IMG/VR virus record: IMGVR_UViG_3300033074_000206
Coordinates: 47,436-111,435 of that record
DNA: 64,000 nt
Origin: a virus
Lineage: Duplodnaviria; Caudoviricetes
Reading direction: 5' to 3' (one strand)
Shown here in pieces: positions 20,649 to 30,959 of the stretch (position 1 is the first letter of the stretch; each line of letters starts with the position of its first letter). The notes under the pieces were generated by a model. The model did not search any database. It had not been told where the DNA came from and worked only from the letters and a program-made list of their open reading frames with translations. The translations under genes were made by a program, and so were the position numbers.

Positions 20649-21797
20649 TTATTTTCCGGTATCACTTCTACCAACTTCAATCATCTGAAGCATTTTATCT
20701 CCAATAACTTTATCTATTACCGATAGAGTTACGTATTTTCCGCTAGAAACGACGTTACCTTCTGTTTGCGCAGCAGCATATCCTTTATTTCCAAGCAACT
20801 CCATCTCTATTATTTTATTAATATCATTATTCACATACCCATTAACGACAATTTTACTTGTTGATGCTCGTAAATATCTCTCTCGGATATCATTCTTTTG
20901 TTGAGAACTATCTGTTCTATTTTGAAATTTAGCCTTAAAACCAACAGTTTCTTGCATATCTGCTGAATTTTTATTCATAGTTAAATCGGATTGCAGCGAA
21001 TCGATATTATCGGTGATCGGAACCATCTTTTTAGTTTTAATATCGTAATAGTACGATTTCTGTTTTGGAGTTTTATCCAATTCTTCTTTTTGTGCTGGCG
21101 CTGTACTGAATTCGTATATTTTATTCTTATATAGTTGATTTGTTGCTATTTGAGAAAAAACGCCGTCTATATTTGGTAAAGAATTAGGTAAAAGATTATC
21201 TTTATTCTTTATATATAAACCTCGTTTATTTTGAAAAAAAGAATATCCTATTCTATTAAATTCTTTTTCAAAGAAATCTAAAACGCTTAAATTTTTATTT
21301 ATAACTAAATTACCCATTATACCATCATCTTCTGTTTCCAATACTAATTTTGTTTTTGATAACAAATCGCTTAAAGAATATTCTGATATAATTTGCGACA
21401 TTGCAGCGCTTCTACTTGAAGTAAATGATTTAGAAATATATAGATTATCTAGAAAATACGAAATTTCATCTCTTAACTTGAAATTATAACATTTCATATT
21501 TCTATTATTATAACTTTCTGATATATTTATTATTTTAAATGTTCTCCAGATATATTCGTCGAAAACGTCTACGATATAAACTTCTGCAACGCATGTTTTT
21601 AAATCAATTATATTAGAAAGGTCTCCTTTATCAACAACAACTAATTCCCCGTAAATACTCGGTTCATGTCGTTTATAACAACTCTCAAAAGCCATCATTT
21701 CTTCGTTGGATAACTTATATGTTTTCGAGTTTTTGTCCTTAAGAGTTATTTCTATATATTTAAGTATAGATGATACTTCTGGGGTTTTTCTCATCAT
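20649..21797 (-). CDS. Baseplate hub protein, gp27-like
   Basis: Size, position next to gp5, C-terminal SGKY......D motif. Confidence 0.55.
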   Translation of the reverse strand: MMRKTPEVSSILKYIEITLKDKNSKTYKLSNEEMMAFESCYKRHEPSIYGELVVVDKGDLSNIIDLKTCVAEVYIVDVFDEYIWRTFKIINISESYNNRNMKCYNFKLRDEISYFLDNLYISKSFTSSRSAAMSQIISEYSLSDLLSKTKLVLETEDDGIMGNLVINKNLSVLDFFEKEFNRIGYSFFQNKRGLYIKNKDNLLPNSLPNIDGVFSQIATNQLYKNKIYEFSTAPAQKEELDKTPKQKSYYYDIKTKKMVPITDNIDSLQSDLTMNKNSADMQETVGFKAKFQNRTDSSQQKNDIRERYLRASTSKIVVNGYVNNDINKIIEMELLGNKGYAAAQTEGNVVSSGKYVTLSVIDKVIGDKMLQMIEVGRSDTGK

Positions 21798-22276
21798 AAA
21801 TAATTCCTTTCTCTTAAAATTTTTAAGAATTCTTGTAATTTAGTCGGTTTTATTATATAGATATATCGATATATTTCATTCTGTTCTTTCATCTTTTCTA
21901 TTTCATCATCTATTAGATTCTGTAAAACAGTGCTATTTAATGGAGCTTGAAAATACACTTGTTCAGAATAATTTGCCCAGAATTCATCAGAGCTATCTAT
22001 CAGAGTATCTAGACTATACGGCATTTCAAATAGAGGTATCCTGTCGTTCAATTGGAGTAGAATATCCCAATAAGCTGTTGTTCCATAAATGTCGTAAGAG
22101 ATTCTTTCTAATTTATCGTCGTCTGATATTCTATAAATTTGCATATAATCTGCAAGTGTACCCATATCAGAAAATTCTTGTAAAATATTATATAAATCTA
22201 CATCTTTACTAAAATAATCTGATACGATGAACTCGTCTAACTCTTCGGTATCATAAGTTAATATTGAATTAGTCAT
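21794..22276 (-). CDS. gp53: Baseplate wedge protein gp53
   Basis: Y.I...DKLE.ISY.IYG...YWDILL.LN; N..R.I..IKP. Confidence 0.8.
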   Translation of the reverse strand: MTNSILTYDTEELDEFIVSDYFSKDVDLYNILQEFSDMGTLADYMQIYRISDDDKLERISYDIYGTTAYWDILLQLNDRIPLFEMPYSLDTLIDSSDEFWANYSEQVYFQAPLNSTVLQNLIDDEIEKMKEQNEIYRYIYIIKPTKLQEFLKILRERNYL

Positions 22277-22286
22277 CTTTCGCTCC

Positions 22287-23120
22287 TTATTCTATAGAAT
22301 CGTAGAATTCTGCAGTTACAACAGATCTTTCTGAGAACCCCATATTCAATTGAATAAATTTAGGCATACCGTTTGAAAAGAATTGCATATTCCCGTCTGC
22401 TCCGTAATTTACACCGATTTCAGTCATCACAACATCATTCATATTAATCAATTTTCTCATTTTTTCGTTTCCAATTTCTATTTCGAATAAAAATGGCGCA
22501 AGTAAAGAAACACCAGAAATAACGCTACGAGGCAATGAGAACTTTTTCAAATTTAATATAATATTCATTATAGATTCTGCTTCTGTAGCATTATTTGGTA
22601 TCAAATCAAAACTAAATGAGAACCCCCTTGGCGAACTTCCGTTATAATTTTGAAACATTCCTGGATCAACCATAGGTTTTCTAAATCCAAGAGAACTAGA
22701 AGCTTCAGCAAGCAATTTGTTGACCCCCACTCCCTTAATAGCTACTTTATCTAGAGCTCCTCCAGCAAGCTGTCCAAAAATTCCAGCTTCCATCTGCCAG
22801 TTATGTGATTGCGAATCCATTAATTCGTTTGGTAAAGGTAAACAAACTGCGTATATCGGAGTTGCCATTGTTAATCTTTTTGTGTTTTTATCAACATCTG
22901 TCGTATTAATATCTGAAACTTTTTTACCGCTTTGCCAAACATTAGCTGAATTTTTAATTATTTCAGTTACTTCATTTACCTTTGTTTCTAATTCTTTTTT
23001 AAATTTTTCTGTGTTACCGTCAAAAGACACATTTTCCTTAACAATAATCCGCATACTTCTCATTTTATGAATTGGATCTCTGATATAATCAGGATACCAG
23101 TGCATTGGCAATTCTTCCAT
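22287..23120 (-). CDS. gp48: Baseplate tail-tube cap gp48-like
   Basis: LPLP..L.D...H.W; P.....Y.G..PR.FSFSF.L.P.N..EA; MP..I.L...FSE. Confidence 0.8.
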   Translation of the reverse strand: MEELPMHWYPDYIRDPIHKMRSMRIIVKENVSFDGNTEKFKKELETKVNEVTEIIKNSANVWQSGKKVSDINTTDVDKNTKRLTMATPIYAVCLPLPNELMDSQSHNWQMEAGIFGQLAGGALDKVAIKGVGVNKLLAEASSSLGFRKPMVDPGMFQNYNGSSPRGFSFSFDLIPNNATEAESIMNIILNLKKFSLPRSVISGVSLLAPFLFEIEIGNEKMRKLINMNDVVMTEIGVNYGADGNMQFFSNGMPKFIQLNMGFSERSVVTAEFYDSIE

Positions 23121-23134
23121 TTTTATCTCCTATT

Positions 23135-25507
23135 TTAATCGTATACTCCGAATAAATCTGATAATGCTATCGGATCACCTGCTTTAGCTGTTGTATTCTG
23201 CGAATTTACGATAGTAGTATTCGATGAAGGTGTAACATTTCTAACTGTATTAGATAGATTTCTACTAGTTTCTTCTACCTTTTGAACTTGTTCAGTTTTC
23301 TGTTCTATAGCATTATCTCTATTTAATTTATTTATATCATTAGCAGCATTAGCAGTATTCGTAGAAGTTGTTGGTTGCGTAACGTTTGTACTTGCTAATT
23401 TAACGTCGTCTCCAGAACCAGCTTGTTCGAATATCTTTGCGTTAACAAGCGCTCTTCCCTTTACTTGAGTGGCATATTGAGATTTTAAAATATCATTCTT
23501 AACTCCAATATAATCTTTAGCTACTAATTTTTTAACAGTTTCGGGCCATCCTTTATACCAAGCAGGCCCCATATTGAATGTCATATCAAGTAATGCATCC
23601 TGAACCTTTCCAGGGGCATCGCTAAACCCTGGAATCTTCGAAGCTGCGTTTTTATGAAATTCAAAATCCTTAGCAAATAAAGCGTCAGCTTGTTCTTGAG
23701 TTATACCAGAACGTAAGTGATCTTCTCCTGGTTTTATTTTGTGCCCGTAACCGATTGTATCGTATCCTTCTGAATCCTTATACGGTTGTAGTCTTAACCC
23801 CTCGTTTTTCTTAATTCTATCAACTATTTCACCGGTAGGTAACGCGATATTTTTATACTGTTCGCCAAGAGCGCCGAGAACATCTTGCCGAGCTGATCCC
23901 CTAGTTGTACTCGCGATATAATCTGGCATATTCATACCAGAAGATTTGTATTTACTAACTTCTTCAGAAGTTAGTAATTCGCCTTCAATTTCTTGGACAT
24001 CTTGCATGTTCCTTAATTGCGAATCTCTAGCATCTTTGTATTTTTTATAATCTCTATCGTATTGTTCTTTTAATTCTATATATTGTTGGTTTAATGCTTC
24101 GTCTCGGAATTTTATCTGTTTTACGCGTTCGCCGTTTATTTCAGTTTCTGTCGTCTCCGAATTTTCTTCAGTGAATGGATTATTTATCAAGAACTCTTGT
24201 AATTTATTATCAGATTCTAATAATTTATCAGCAAGTATTTCTCTATCGTTAAAAATAATTTTAACACCATCGTTAAAAGATTCTGGAGCTTCTGGTACTT
24301 TTATTTTTTCCAGTTCTTTTTTATATAAAATAGATTGAACTTTTTGTCGATCTGATTCGTTTAAATCGTCATATTCTGCGAGAGCCTTTAGTTCTTCTGC
24401 GGGTAGTTTTCTTACTTCATCCCATTTTTCAACGGTTGTGTCTCCAATCCAAGATTTATCAATAATTCCGGAATCATCTAATTTTGTTATCACAGCATCA
24501 TTCATTCTGTCTATGTCTCTAGCAAGAAGCGCAGCATCTACGCCAAAACTTGCTGCAGTCCCCACAACCGGAACAATACTCAATAATCCTGATGCGATTT
24601 CTCCACCAGCGCCAACGTAGTCTCCTTCAGATATTCTATCCGCAGCAAATGCTCCAGCGACTCCTAATCCAAGAAAAGGAATCTTTTTCATTAAACTCTT
24701 CCCGCCAGCTTTTTCAGAAACTTTAGCTATTTCTTCAGCTGCGGCTTTTTCTGTACTCTTTGCTAATTTTCCAGCATCTACTTCGGGTATTCCAGATTTT
24801 GGTTTAGTCTTTGATTTTGGATCGACGTCTGTCGACGGTTGCTTAGCAGTTTTATATTTATCTAATAGACCGTCCATTCCAGGTAATTTAGCTAACCTCT
24901 CTAGAATAAATTCCAATATTTCTTGAAGCGGTTTAACAACAGCATCAGCTATTCCCTTAGCAACATCAATTACTTTATCTTTTAACCATGTCCAACCCAT
25001 TTCCATCATACTTATTGCAAATTTTACAGGACCAAGATTTTTAAAACCTTTTAAGAACGCTAACATTCCAACACCAAGTAAAGATCCAAGAAGCATATCA
25101 AACCAACTCAATCCCTTTTCTTCTGTTTTAGATTCTTCTCTTATAATTTGTAGAGCTGGTTGCGTCTCAGTCTTTCCAGATATGGGCTTTAAAGAAGTAT
25201 TTTGCTCATCTATCATATTCTTTTCTATCTTGTCTAATCTTTCTAGAATTCCCTTATTTGTGCTAGATATTTTGATTAATTCTTTTTGTTTTATTTTTTC
25301 GTTAGACTGATAAGATTTGTCTCGCGATTCAGAGTATTTGGTGCTAGCATTATCGACTATTCTCTTTTCGAGGAAATTTGCAGCACTTCTTTCTCCAATA
25401 TTATAAAGAAAATCAGTGATACTGTGATTCGCTCCAATCTCTTTAGTTTGATTTATAGTATCCGAGTTCGGTATTTTTATTTTTTCTTTATAATATGTTC
25501 TCTTCAT
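23135..25507 (-). CDS. Tape-measure / hub (gp29-like) protein with GH24 lysozyme domain
   Basis: KKIPFLG, IVPVVGT hydrophobic segments; IKKNEGLRLQPYKDSEGYDTIGYGH...DM.FNMG lysozyme motif. Confidence 0.75.
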   Translation of the reverse strand: MKRTYYKEKIKIPNSDTINQTKEIGANHSITDFLYNIGERSAANFLEKRIVDNASTKYSESRDKSYQSNEKIKQKELIKISSTNKGILERLDKIEKNMIDEQNTSLKPISGKTETQPALQIIREESKTEEKGLSWFDMLLGSLLGVGMLAFLKGFKNLGPVKFAISMMEMGWTWLKDKVIDVAKGIADAVVKPLQEILEFILERLAKLPGMDGLLDKYKTAKQPSTDVDPKSKTKPKSGIPEVDAGKLAKSTEKAAAEEIAKVSEKAGGKSLMKKIPFLGLGVAGAFAADRISEGDYVGAGGEIASGLLSIVPVVGTAASFGVDAALLARDIDRMNDAVITKLDDSGIIDKSWIGDTTVEKWDEVRKLPAEELKALAEYDDLNESDRQKVQSILYKKELEKIKVPEAPESFNDGVKIIFNDREILADKLLESDNKLQEFLINNPFTEENSETTETEINGERVKQIKFRDEALNQQYIELKEQYDRDYKKYKDARDSQLRNMQDVQEIEGELLTSEEVSKYKSSGMNMPDYIASTTRGSARQDVLGALGEQYKNIALPTGEIVDRIKKNEGLRLQPYKDSEGYDTIGYGHKIKPGEDHLRSGITQEQADALFAKDFEFHKNAASKIPGFSDAPGKVQDALLDMTFNMGPAWYKGWPETVKKLVAKDYIGVKNDILKSQYATQVKGRALVNAKIFEQAGSGDDVKLASTNVTQPTTSTNTANAANDINKLNRDNAIEQKTEQVQKVEETSRNLSNTVRNVTPSSNTTIVNSQNTTAKAGDPIALSDLFGVYD

Positions 25508-25508
25508 T

Positions 25509-26201
25509 TTATTTGACTTCCTCTCTTGTTTTATTTATCAACCCAATTAATATTGTTCTCTCGAACGGATATAATGAATCTACGTCTTGTTTTGTATAAT
25601 GCCCGAACATTATCATATCATTGTATGTTCTATATATACTCATTAATGTATCTTCGCTTAAACTTTCTAATATGTATTTAATATCTCCTATGTAGAATAG
25701 ATTCTCTGATCTACATTTCAAACAAGAACATCTCTTTGTAAAATTATAATTAACTTGATTATTTTTAACTCTATTTATTAACGATTCATATTCATCCAAA
25801 TCTAAATTATCCAATTCCTCTGGACTTAGTTCTACAAATTTATATAAATTGTCATCGGTCACTTCTTCGTCTAATATACGTATATCAGCGTCTCTATCAG
25901 CATTTGATATTAAATCAGTACAACTTATCGCAGATTCATTGGTCGCTTTACAATTAGAACATTTGAATTTTATATTTATTTCGTCTCCAACAGATATTTC
26001 TCTAAATTTGTATAATAATACTTTCTTTTCGTTTTCAGTAAATGTTTTTATAATTTCGTCGTCTACTCCGAGAACCCTTAGAATTTCATCAATATCGTAT
26101 ATGCCGAACGAACTCATTATCAACAAATCCTTTTCTCTTTCAGTATTATACGGGTTTATTGATAATTTTTTTGAATTTATCTCGACGGGATACTTATACA
26201 T
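25509..26201 (-). CDS. Baseplate hub assembly protein (gp26/gp51-like)
   Basis: PY....EKDLL; R.ISVGD...CxxC; C-terminal L.PFER....LI. Confidence 0.65.
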   Translation of the reverse strand: MYKYPVEINSKKLSINPYNTEREKDLLIMSSFGIYDIDEILRVLGVDDEIIKTFTENEKKVLLYKFREISVGDEINIKFKCSNCKATNESAISCTDLISNADRDADIRILDEEVTDDNLYKFVELSPEELDNLDLDEYESLINRVKNNQVNYNFTKRCSCLKCRSENLFYIGDIKYILESLSEDTLMSIYRTYNDMIMFGHYTKQDVDSLYPFERTILIGLINKTREEVK

Positions 26202-26849
26202 TTATTTAAACCATGAAGGAGGGAAAAACCCAGGAATCTCGTCGAAACTATATTTAACTGAATCTGAACATTTTTTGCAAACGATTTCTACCGTATCATC
26301 GACTTTAAATCTTATTCTTTCCCACTCCTCGAAAATTTTATCGTATTCATCAATATCCATTTCATCAAATAGATCTATAATCTCTTCTAGCGTCAACGAA
26401 TCATCTGAATTGATACTTTCTATTCGTAAATAAAAGTCGTATTCACGACTCTCTAGTGGATTCTCTCGAATAATTTCTTTATAATATTCGATGTTTCTAA
26501 TATTTCCTATTTTAATTTTGTAATTTTTAGTTTTAATTGCATTTTCGCCAGAGTACACTGGTTTCACTATTTCTGATAATTTAACGGTATCTAGGAATTT
26601 AGATTTACAATTATCACAGTAGAATTCTAGTTCGATTTCATCTCCTAAACTGCGACTTCGTATAGAGCTCATAGCATATTTAAATTCATCTGGATTAAAA
26701 ATAACTTTCTCTTCCAAACAATTATAAACTAACACGTCTTGTAGACCATCCATATTATCTGATGTTCTAACTATATTCAAAAATTCTTTTTTCTCTTTTG
26801 CTTTCCATTTTCTTGCTGTAACTTCTTGATTACCTATTTTTAATTTCAT
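26202..26849 (-). CDS. gp26: Baseplate hub subunit gp26-like
   Basis: IRSRSLGD......CDNC; CKKC; FF near C-terminus. Confidence 0.65.
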   Translation of the reverse strand: MKLKIGNQEVTARKWKAKEKKEFLNIVRTSDNMDGLQDVLVYNCLEEKVIFNPDEFKYAMSSIRSRSLGDEIELEFYCDNCKSKFLDTVKLSEIVKPVYSGENAIKTKNYKIKIGNIRNIEYYKEIIRENPLESREYDFYLRIESINSDDSLTLEEIIDLFDEMDIDEYDKIFEEWERIRFKVDDTVEIVCKKCSDSVKYSFDEIPGFFPPSWFK

Positions 26850-26860
26850 CTATTTCCTTT

Positions 26861-27379
26861 CTAATTGATATTCGGACTTACACATTTAAATCCAACAGTG
26901 AACTCTGCTATTTGATTTTGAGTATCGTTGCTAAATTGTAATTGACTTAAACTTTCAACGATTGTACCATTCAAAACCATGAACTTTTTATCTTTCTCGC
27001 CGTAATAATCTGCATCTTTATAAATTGTTACAGAAAAACAACAATTGTCGAAATATTGCTCTTTTGTTTCCTTGTATAAATTAAAGAATGATTTGTATAA
27101 TCTCATCTGATCTTTGTCTCTAAACGTTATACTGAATTTATATAATTCGTCTCTTCCGTTTTGAATCCTCCATTTATTTCCTATAAACGTTTCTATTGGA
27201 TTATTCTGAAAACTCGGAGTGTCTACACTAACGATGTGTAAATTTATAGAATCGTCGAATTTAGTTTTCAATAAATTCTTCATATTTAGATTTTTACCAA
27301 ATTGAAATTCGACAGTGAACGTATTTATCATACTCCAATGAGTTTCGTAAGCCTTTGTTATACCGTCTTTTAATTTCAT
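26861..27379 (-). CDS. Tube-fold baseplate protein (gp54/gp19-like)
   Basis: N.F.V.F; V..P; I.F.D...L...F; EFTV.F. Confidence 0.55.
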   Translation of the reverse strand: MKLKDGITKAYETHWSMINTFTVEFQFGKNLNMKNLLKTKFDDSINLHIVSVDTPSFQNNPIETFIGNKWRIQNGRDELYKFSITFRDKDQMRLYKSFFNLYKETKEQYFDNCCFSVTIYKDADYYGEKDKKFMVLNGTIVESLSQLQFSNDTQNQIAEFTVGFKCVSPNIN

Positions 27380-27389
27380 TTATTCTCCT

Positions 27390-27704
27390 TTATTGTTTCC
27401 TCATAGTCCAAGCTTGAGTACCCATATACGCTGCCAGAATTCCAGCAAGAGATATATAATACATTCCTACGAATTCGCCTATTGCTGCGACTCTATCTAT
27501 GCTCACAAAAGGCATAAACAATAATCCTGTGAATGCTAATATTCCGGTTAACGATACCCAAGCCATCTTTTCTTGCGCTTCGCTTTTTCTTATCTTTTCT
27601 TCCAATTCTTGAATCTTTTCAGCGCTCGAAATTTCTTCGTCAGTTAATATTCCGTTCTTATCTGAATCAGTCTTTTCTAGCATTTTTAATATATCCTTTC
27701 CCAT
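27390..27704 (-). CDS. Two-TM membrane protein with EF-hand-like N-terminus (holin candidate)
   Basis: DSDKNGILTDEE motif followed by two hydrophobic helices. Confidence 0.5.
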   Translation of the reverse strand: MGKDILKMLEKTDSDKNGILTDEEISSAEKIQELEEKIRKSEAQEKMAWVSLTGILAFTGLLFMPFVSIDRVAAIGEFVGMYYISLAGILAAYMGTQAWTMRKQ

Positions 27705-27907
27705 TGCTGTTCTCCATAATGGCTAATTTTATATTATTTATATTTTTATTTTAAAATAAATTTTTATTTTAACTTTAAGGAATCTTTAATAATCGATGTG
27801 TTTAAAGTGCTTTAAACACTTTTAAGTTTTTTAAACTATGTTTTATTGTTTTAAAAAGAATTAGTTTAAAAATCATAGAATCTTAAAATATCTAAATTTC
27901 AGACATA

Positions 27908-27944
27908 AAAAAAGCTAGGTAGAAATTAATCTACCTAGCTTTTT
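27908..27944 (-). terminator. Intrinsic terminator
   Basis: AAAAAGCTAGGTAGA...TCTACCTAGCTTTTT. Confidence 0.7.
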
Positions 27945-28858
27945 ATTAATTCGAATGTCTTGACACCGGAGTTTGGAATAGCAAGAACTAATCCTTCTCT
28001 CATCTTTTCCATAATAATTTTGTGTCTAGCTGGTTCTCTGTGTTTTACTTCCCCGGTTTCTAGCCAGAGATTCATAAAACCTCCTCGAGAATAGTTAACA
28101 AATTTAAATCCAAGTTGTTCCATACTCGCTCCAATATTATGATCGTAATCACTATAAAATTTTAACTTCTTAACTGGAACATCTTTTTGTCCAATCTTTA
28201 TTGTCTCGTAATTATCTAAAAAATGATTTAATAATTTTGAAGCTCCGCCAGTTACTGAACAGAATTTCATAGTACCAACTCTAAGAACTTCGATGCTTTC
28301 ATCTTTTCCAAAAAAATTCATACCAAATGTATATAACATTATTAGAGTTCCTGAGGGAACTCCGTATTTTTCTCGCTTTGTATATAACCCAAGATTCAGG
28401 GAAGCACCTCTTTTCCCATAAAAACAATGCTCTGATTCAAATTGTCTAGCTTCTTTTGATGCCACCTCTCTTACTTCACAGTCCCTAGCGTAAAATTTAT
28501 TCTTAACCTTTCCAGCAGCATATAACCAATACGATTTAAGAACTTCTCTCTTTCTCTTATCTTCCCATTCATAATCTTTTACCCAGCATATAAATGAATT
28601 ATCTTCATGTTCTGCTTTATAAGATTTTTTGTAAAAATAATCCTGTTTAACACCTTCTATATTATATTGATTATATTCTATTGGATAACATTCTGATGAA
28701 ACATAACATATTTCATAACTTCTTTTTTCATATGGATTTCCAAAGTTTAAACAAAAATTTTCATATTCAGTACTATATTCGATACCATTCTCTACTAAGA
28801 ATTCGTGTATTTCTGTTAAAATTCTCATATCCTTTTCATTATAATTGCAATAATGCAT
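27935..28858 (-). CDS. Hef-like homing endonuclease family protein
   Basis: YARDCEVREV...F...H..G...LGLY...V.GGASKLL.HF...DSG-like C-terminus. Confidence 0.7.
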   Translation of the reverse strand: MHYCNYNEKDMRILTEIHEFLVENGIEYSTEYENFCLNFGNPYEKRSYEICYVSSECYPIEYNQYNIEGVKQDYFYKKSYKAEHEDNSFICWVKDYEWEDKRKREVLKSYWLYAAGKVKNKFYARDCEVREVASKEARQFESEHCFYGKRGASLNLGLYTKREKYGVPSGTLIMLYTFGMNFFGKDESIEVLRVGTMKFCSVTGGASKLLNHFLDNYETIKIGQKDVPVKKLKFYSDYDHNIGASMEQLGFKFVNYSRGGFMNLWLETGEVKHREPARHKIIMEKMREGLVLAIPNSGVKTFELIKS

Positions 28859-28908
28859 TGTTGTTTCCTTTTTATTTTATTATATTATATTATAAAATCT
28901 ATTAAAAG

Positions 28909-30786
28909 TTAATAAATCTTTATAAATTTTGTTTGTCCACAATCAAATATTATTCTTTCTGAGTCTATTAATTTATAATTCGTATAATCACAATGATGTA
29001 AAATATTTTCATTAACTTTGAATTTAAAACATCTAGGTGGAATATGTTCCATAAATTCGAATCCAACATTTACAAATTTTGCTTGATCTTCGTATCTTCT
29101 GTTGCAATAATATATTATAGAATCTGGTAAATATTTATCTTCAAAATATCGTAATAATCTTGATTCCAACTCTTCGCATAGATTAGAACACCATCTAGTA
29201 ATTTCGTAATTATTATGCGATATTATTTTAAATTCCATTACCGATATCAACTCATCTTTAGAATATAAACCTATAGATATATCTGATTCTAAAGATGAAC
29301 CTTCTAAATGATTATTATTTAAAAATTTATCAGATATTTCTTTTTCCACTTCTTTTATAATATAAGAACTAAAATCTTTCTTTATTCCTAATTTATATTC
29401 TATTAACGATCTCCATATATTATTTTTTATTGGATTAGTCCATTCATTCTCGAATATATGAAATAATTGAAATCCTTTTGCTTCACACTCTTCAGTTTTT
29501 CTTAAATGATAATTCGCATCGACTACCGGTTTATGAAATAATGGATACTTAGAAATCCCGTAAGAATGATATAGTAATCCATCGTATTCAACGGCTAATC
29601 TATGGTCGATACATAAAATATCTATTTCTTTTTTATCTTTGAGAAAACTCTTGTCGTTCATTTTACATTCGGTTATACTTTGTATAAAATCGAATATATC
29701 AGCTTGTGTTTTTCCTTTCTTATAAGGATTACATTTTATACAAACGATTCTGCCGATATTAGTGGATTTAGTCATTTCCCATTTAAATCCACAAGTATTA
29801 CATCTCACAGGTAGATATTTATTGGAATAGTAGAAATCTTTATCAAATAGAAATGTTAGATGGCTAAACTGTTGAGCTCTATTATCGAATGAGTTATATA
29901 CTAACTCGATATTTGAGTACTTCTCTTTTCTTTCTTCCACAGATAAATTTGAGTTTAATATTGTAATAGAGTTTTTAATCTTAATATGTCTATCTTTTAC
30001 TTCGTCTTCGTCGGCATTCTTGTACCAATTACTTACTCCTTGAGATAGATTTCTCAGATATGTTTTGTCTGTCGTTTTATGATTATTTGCACAAGGCACT
30101 GAACAAAATGTATTATTGTTTAATACTCTATTTCCGCAATGCGGGCAAATTCTCGGTTCTTTTTCAAATTTCAATATTCTATGTCTATCGCTCGAGTTGA
30201 AATCTAATTGATATTCTCTCTCAAATTCTGGTATCAAGAACGATAAATCGTTTCTTATTATATTAAAGATTCTTTGTTTAGAGTATTTTAATAAGCATTT
30301 AGTTACGAGATCCAAATTTCGGTATTCGAACCAAATATAATTTGCAAGTAATCTACCGCGCATCCCTTGGTTGTACGGTCGGTTGTTCTTTAATTTATAA
30401 TCGTAGCACGCTAAAGGATATTTTAATAATTTGAGACTAACGCATCGTTTATCTTGCGAGTTTTGTTTTTTACTAGCTATACGAATGGGAGCAGTACTCT
30501 TGTTCGCACAACTTCTCGAACAATAATCCGATGTGTCGGAGATTTTATTTCGGAATGCAACTTGAGATCCGCATATTGGACATATTTTAAATTCAGTTAT
30601 ATTATCTCTAATTAATAGAATTCTTTGGTTATACGATAATTCCGGATTCAATTTATCAACCCATGAAGTTTCAGATAGGATTTGTTGAGCCAGTTCGCTT
30701 TCTTTGAACCATTGTTTATTTGTGATAGAATAGTTTGGATTTTGTTTTACGTCTAAGATTGACGATATGTCGATAGTATATTTCAT
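28909..30786 (-). CDS. Hef-like homing endonuclease with PD-(D/E)xK domain and zinc repeats
   Basis: CP.CG...CS..CAN repeats; EIDI......A.EYDGL.YHS; YHL.KT..C...G.QL.HIFE.EW. Confidence 0.78.
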   Translation of the reverse strand: MKYTIDISSILDVKQNPNYSITNKQWFKESELAQQILSETSWVDKLNPELSYNQRILLIRDNITEFKICPICGSQVAFRNKISDTSDYCSRSCANKSTAPIRIASKKQNSQDKRCVSLKLLKYPLACYDYKLKNNRPYNQGMRGRLLANYIWFEYRNLDLVTKCLLKYSKQRIFNIIRNDLSFLIPEFEREYQLDFNSSDRHRILKFEKEPRICPHCGNRVLNNNTFCSVPCANNHKTTDKTYLRNLSQGVSNWYKNADEDEVKDRHIKIKNSITILNSNLSVEERKEKYSNIELVYNSFDNRAQQFSHLTFLFDKDFYYSNKYLPVRCNTCGFKWEMTKSTNIGRIVCIKCNPYKKGKTQADIFDFIQSITECKMNDKSFLKDKKEIDILCIDHRLAVEYDGLLYHSYGISKYPLFHKPVVDANYHLRKTEECEAKGFQLFHIFENEWTNPIKNNIWRSLIEYKLGIKKDFSSYIIKEVEKEISDKFLNNNHLEGSSLESDISIGLYSKDELISVMEFKIISHNNYEITRWCSNLCEELESRLLRYFEDKYLPDSIIYYCNRRYEDQAKFVNVGFEFMEHIPPRCFKFKVNENILHHCDYTNYKLIDSERIIFDCGQTKFIKIY

Positions 30787-30790
30787 TCGG

Positions 30791-30889
30791 TTCCTTGTTA
30801 TTGATTAACAAGAGTAGTTTTGCGGACTTTATTTAAAATACCTACTAGAGTCCGCAAAGAGCTAATAGATATTTTAAATACCTCTTGTA
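30791..30889 (-). ncRNA. Candidate cis-regulatory pseudoknot leader (copy 1)
   Basis: ACAAGAG/CTCTTGT stem, 19-bp stem with two G.U pairs, 10-bp loop pseudoknot TTTGCGGACT/AGTCCGCAAA, then RBS. Confidence 0.55.
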
Positions 30890-30925
30890 TTTAATTTATT
30901 ATATAATGATAAATATTAATTAAAA

Positions 30926-30953
30926 AATAATCTAGGTTAATACCTAGATTATT
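30926..30953 (-). terminator. Terminator after major capsid gene
   Basis: AATAATCTAGGT..ACCTAGATTATT followed by a T-run on the minus strand. Confidence 0.65.
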
Positions 30954-30959
30954 GAATAA

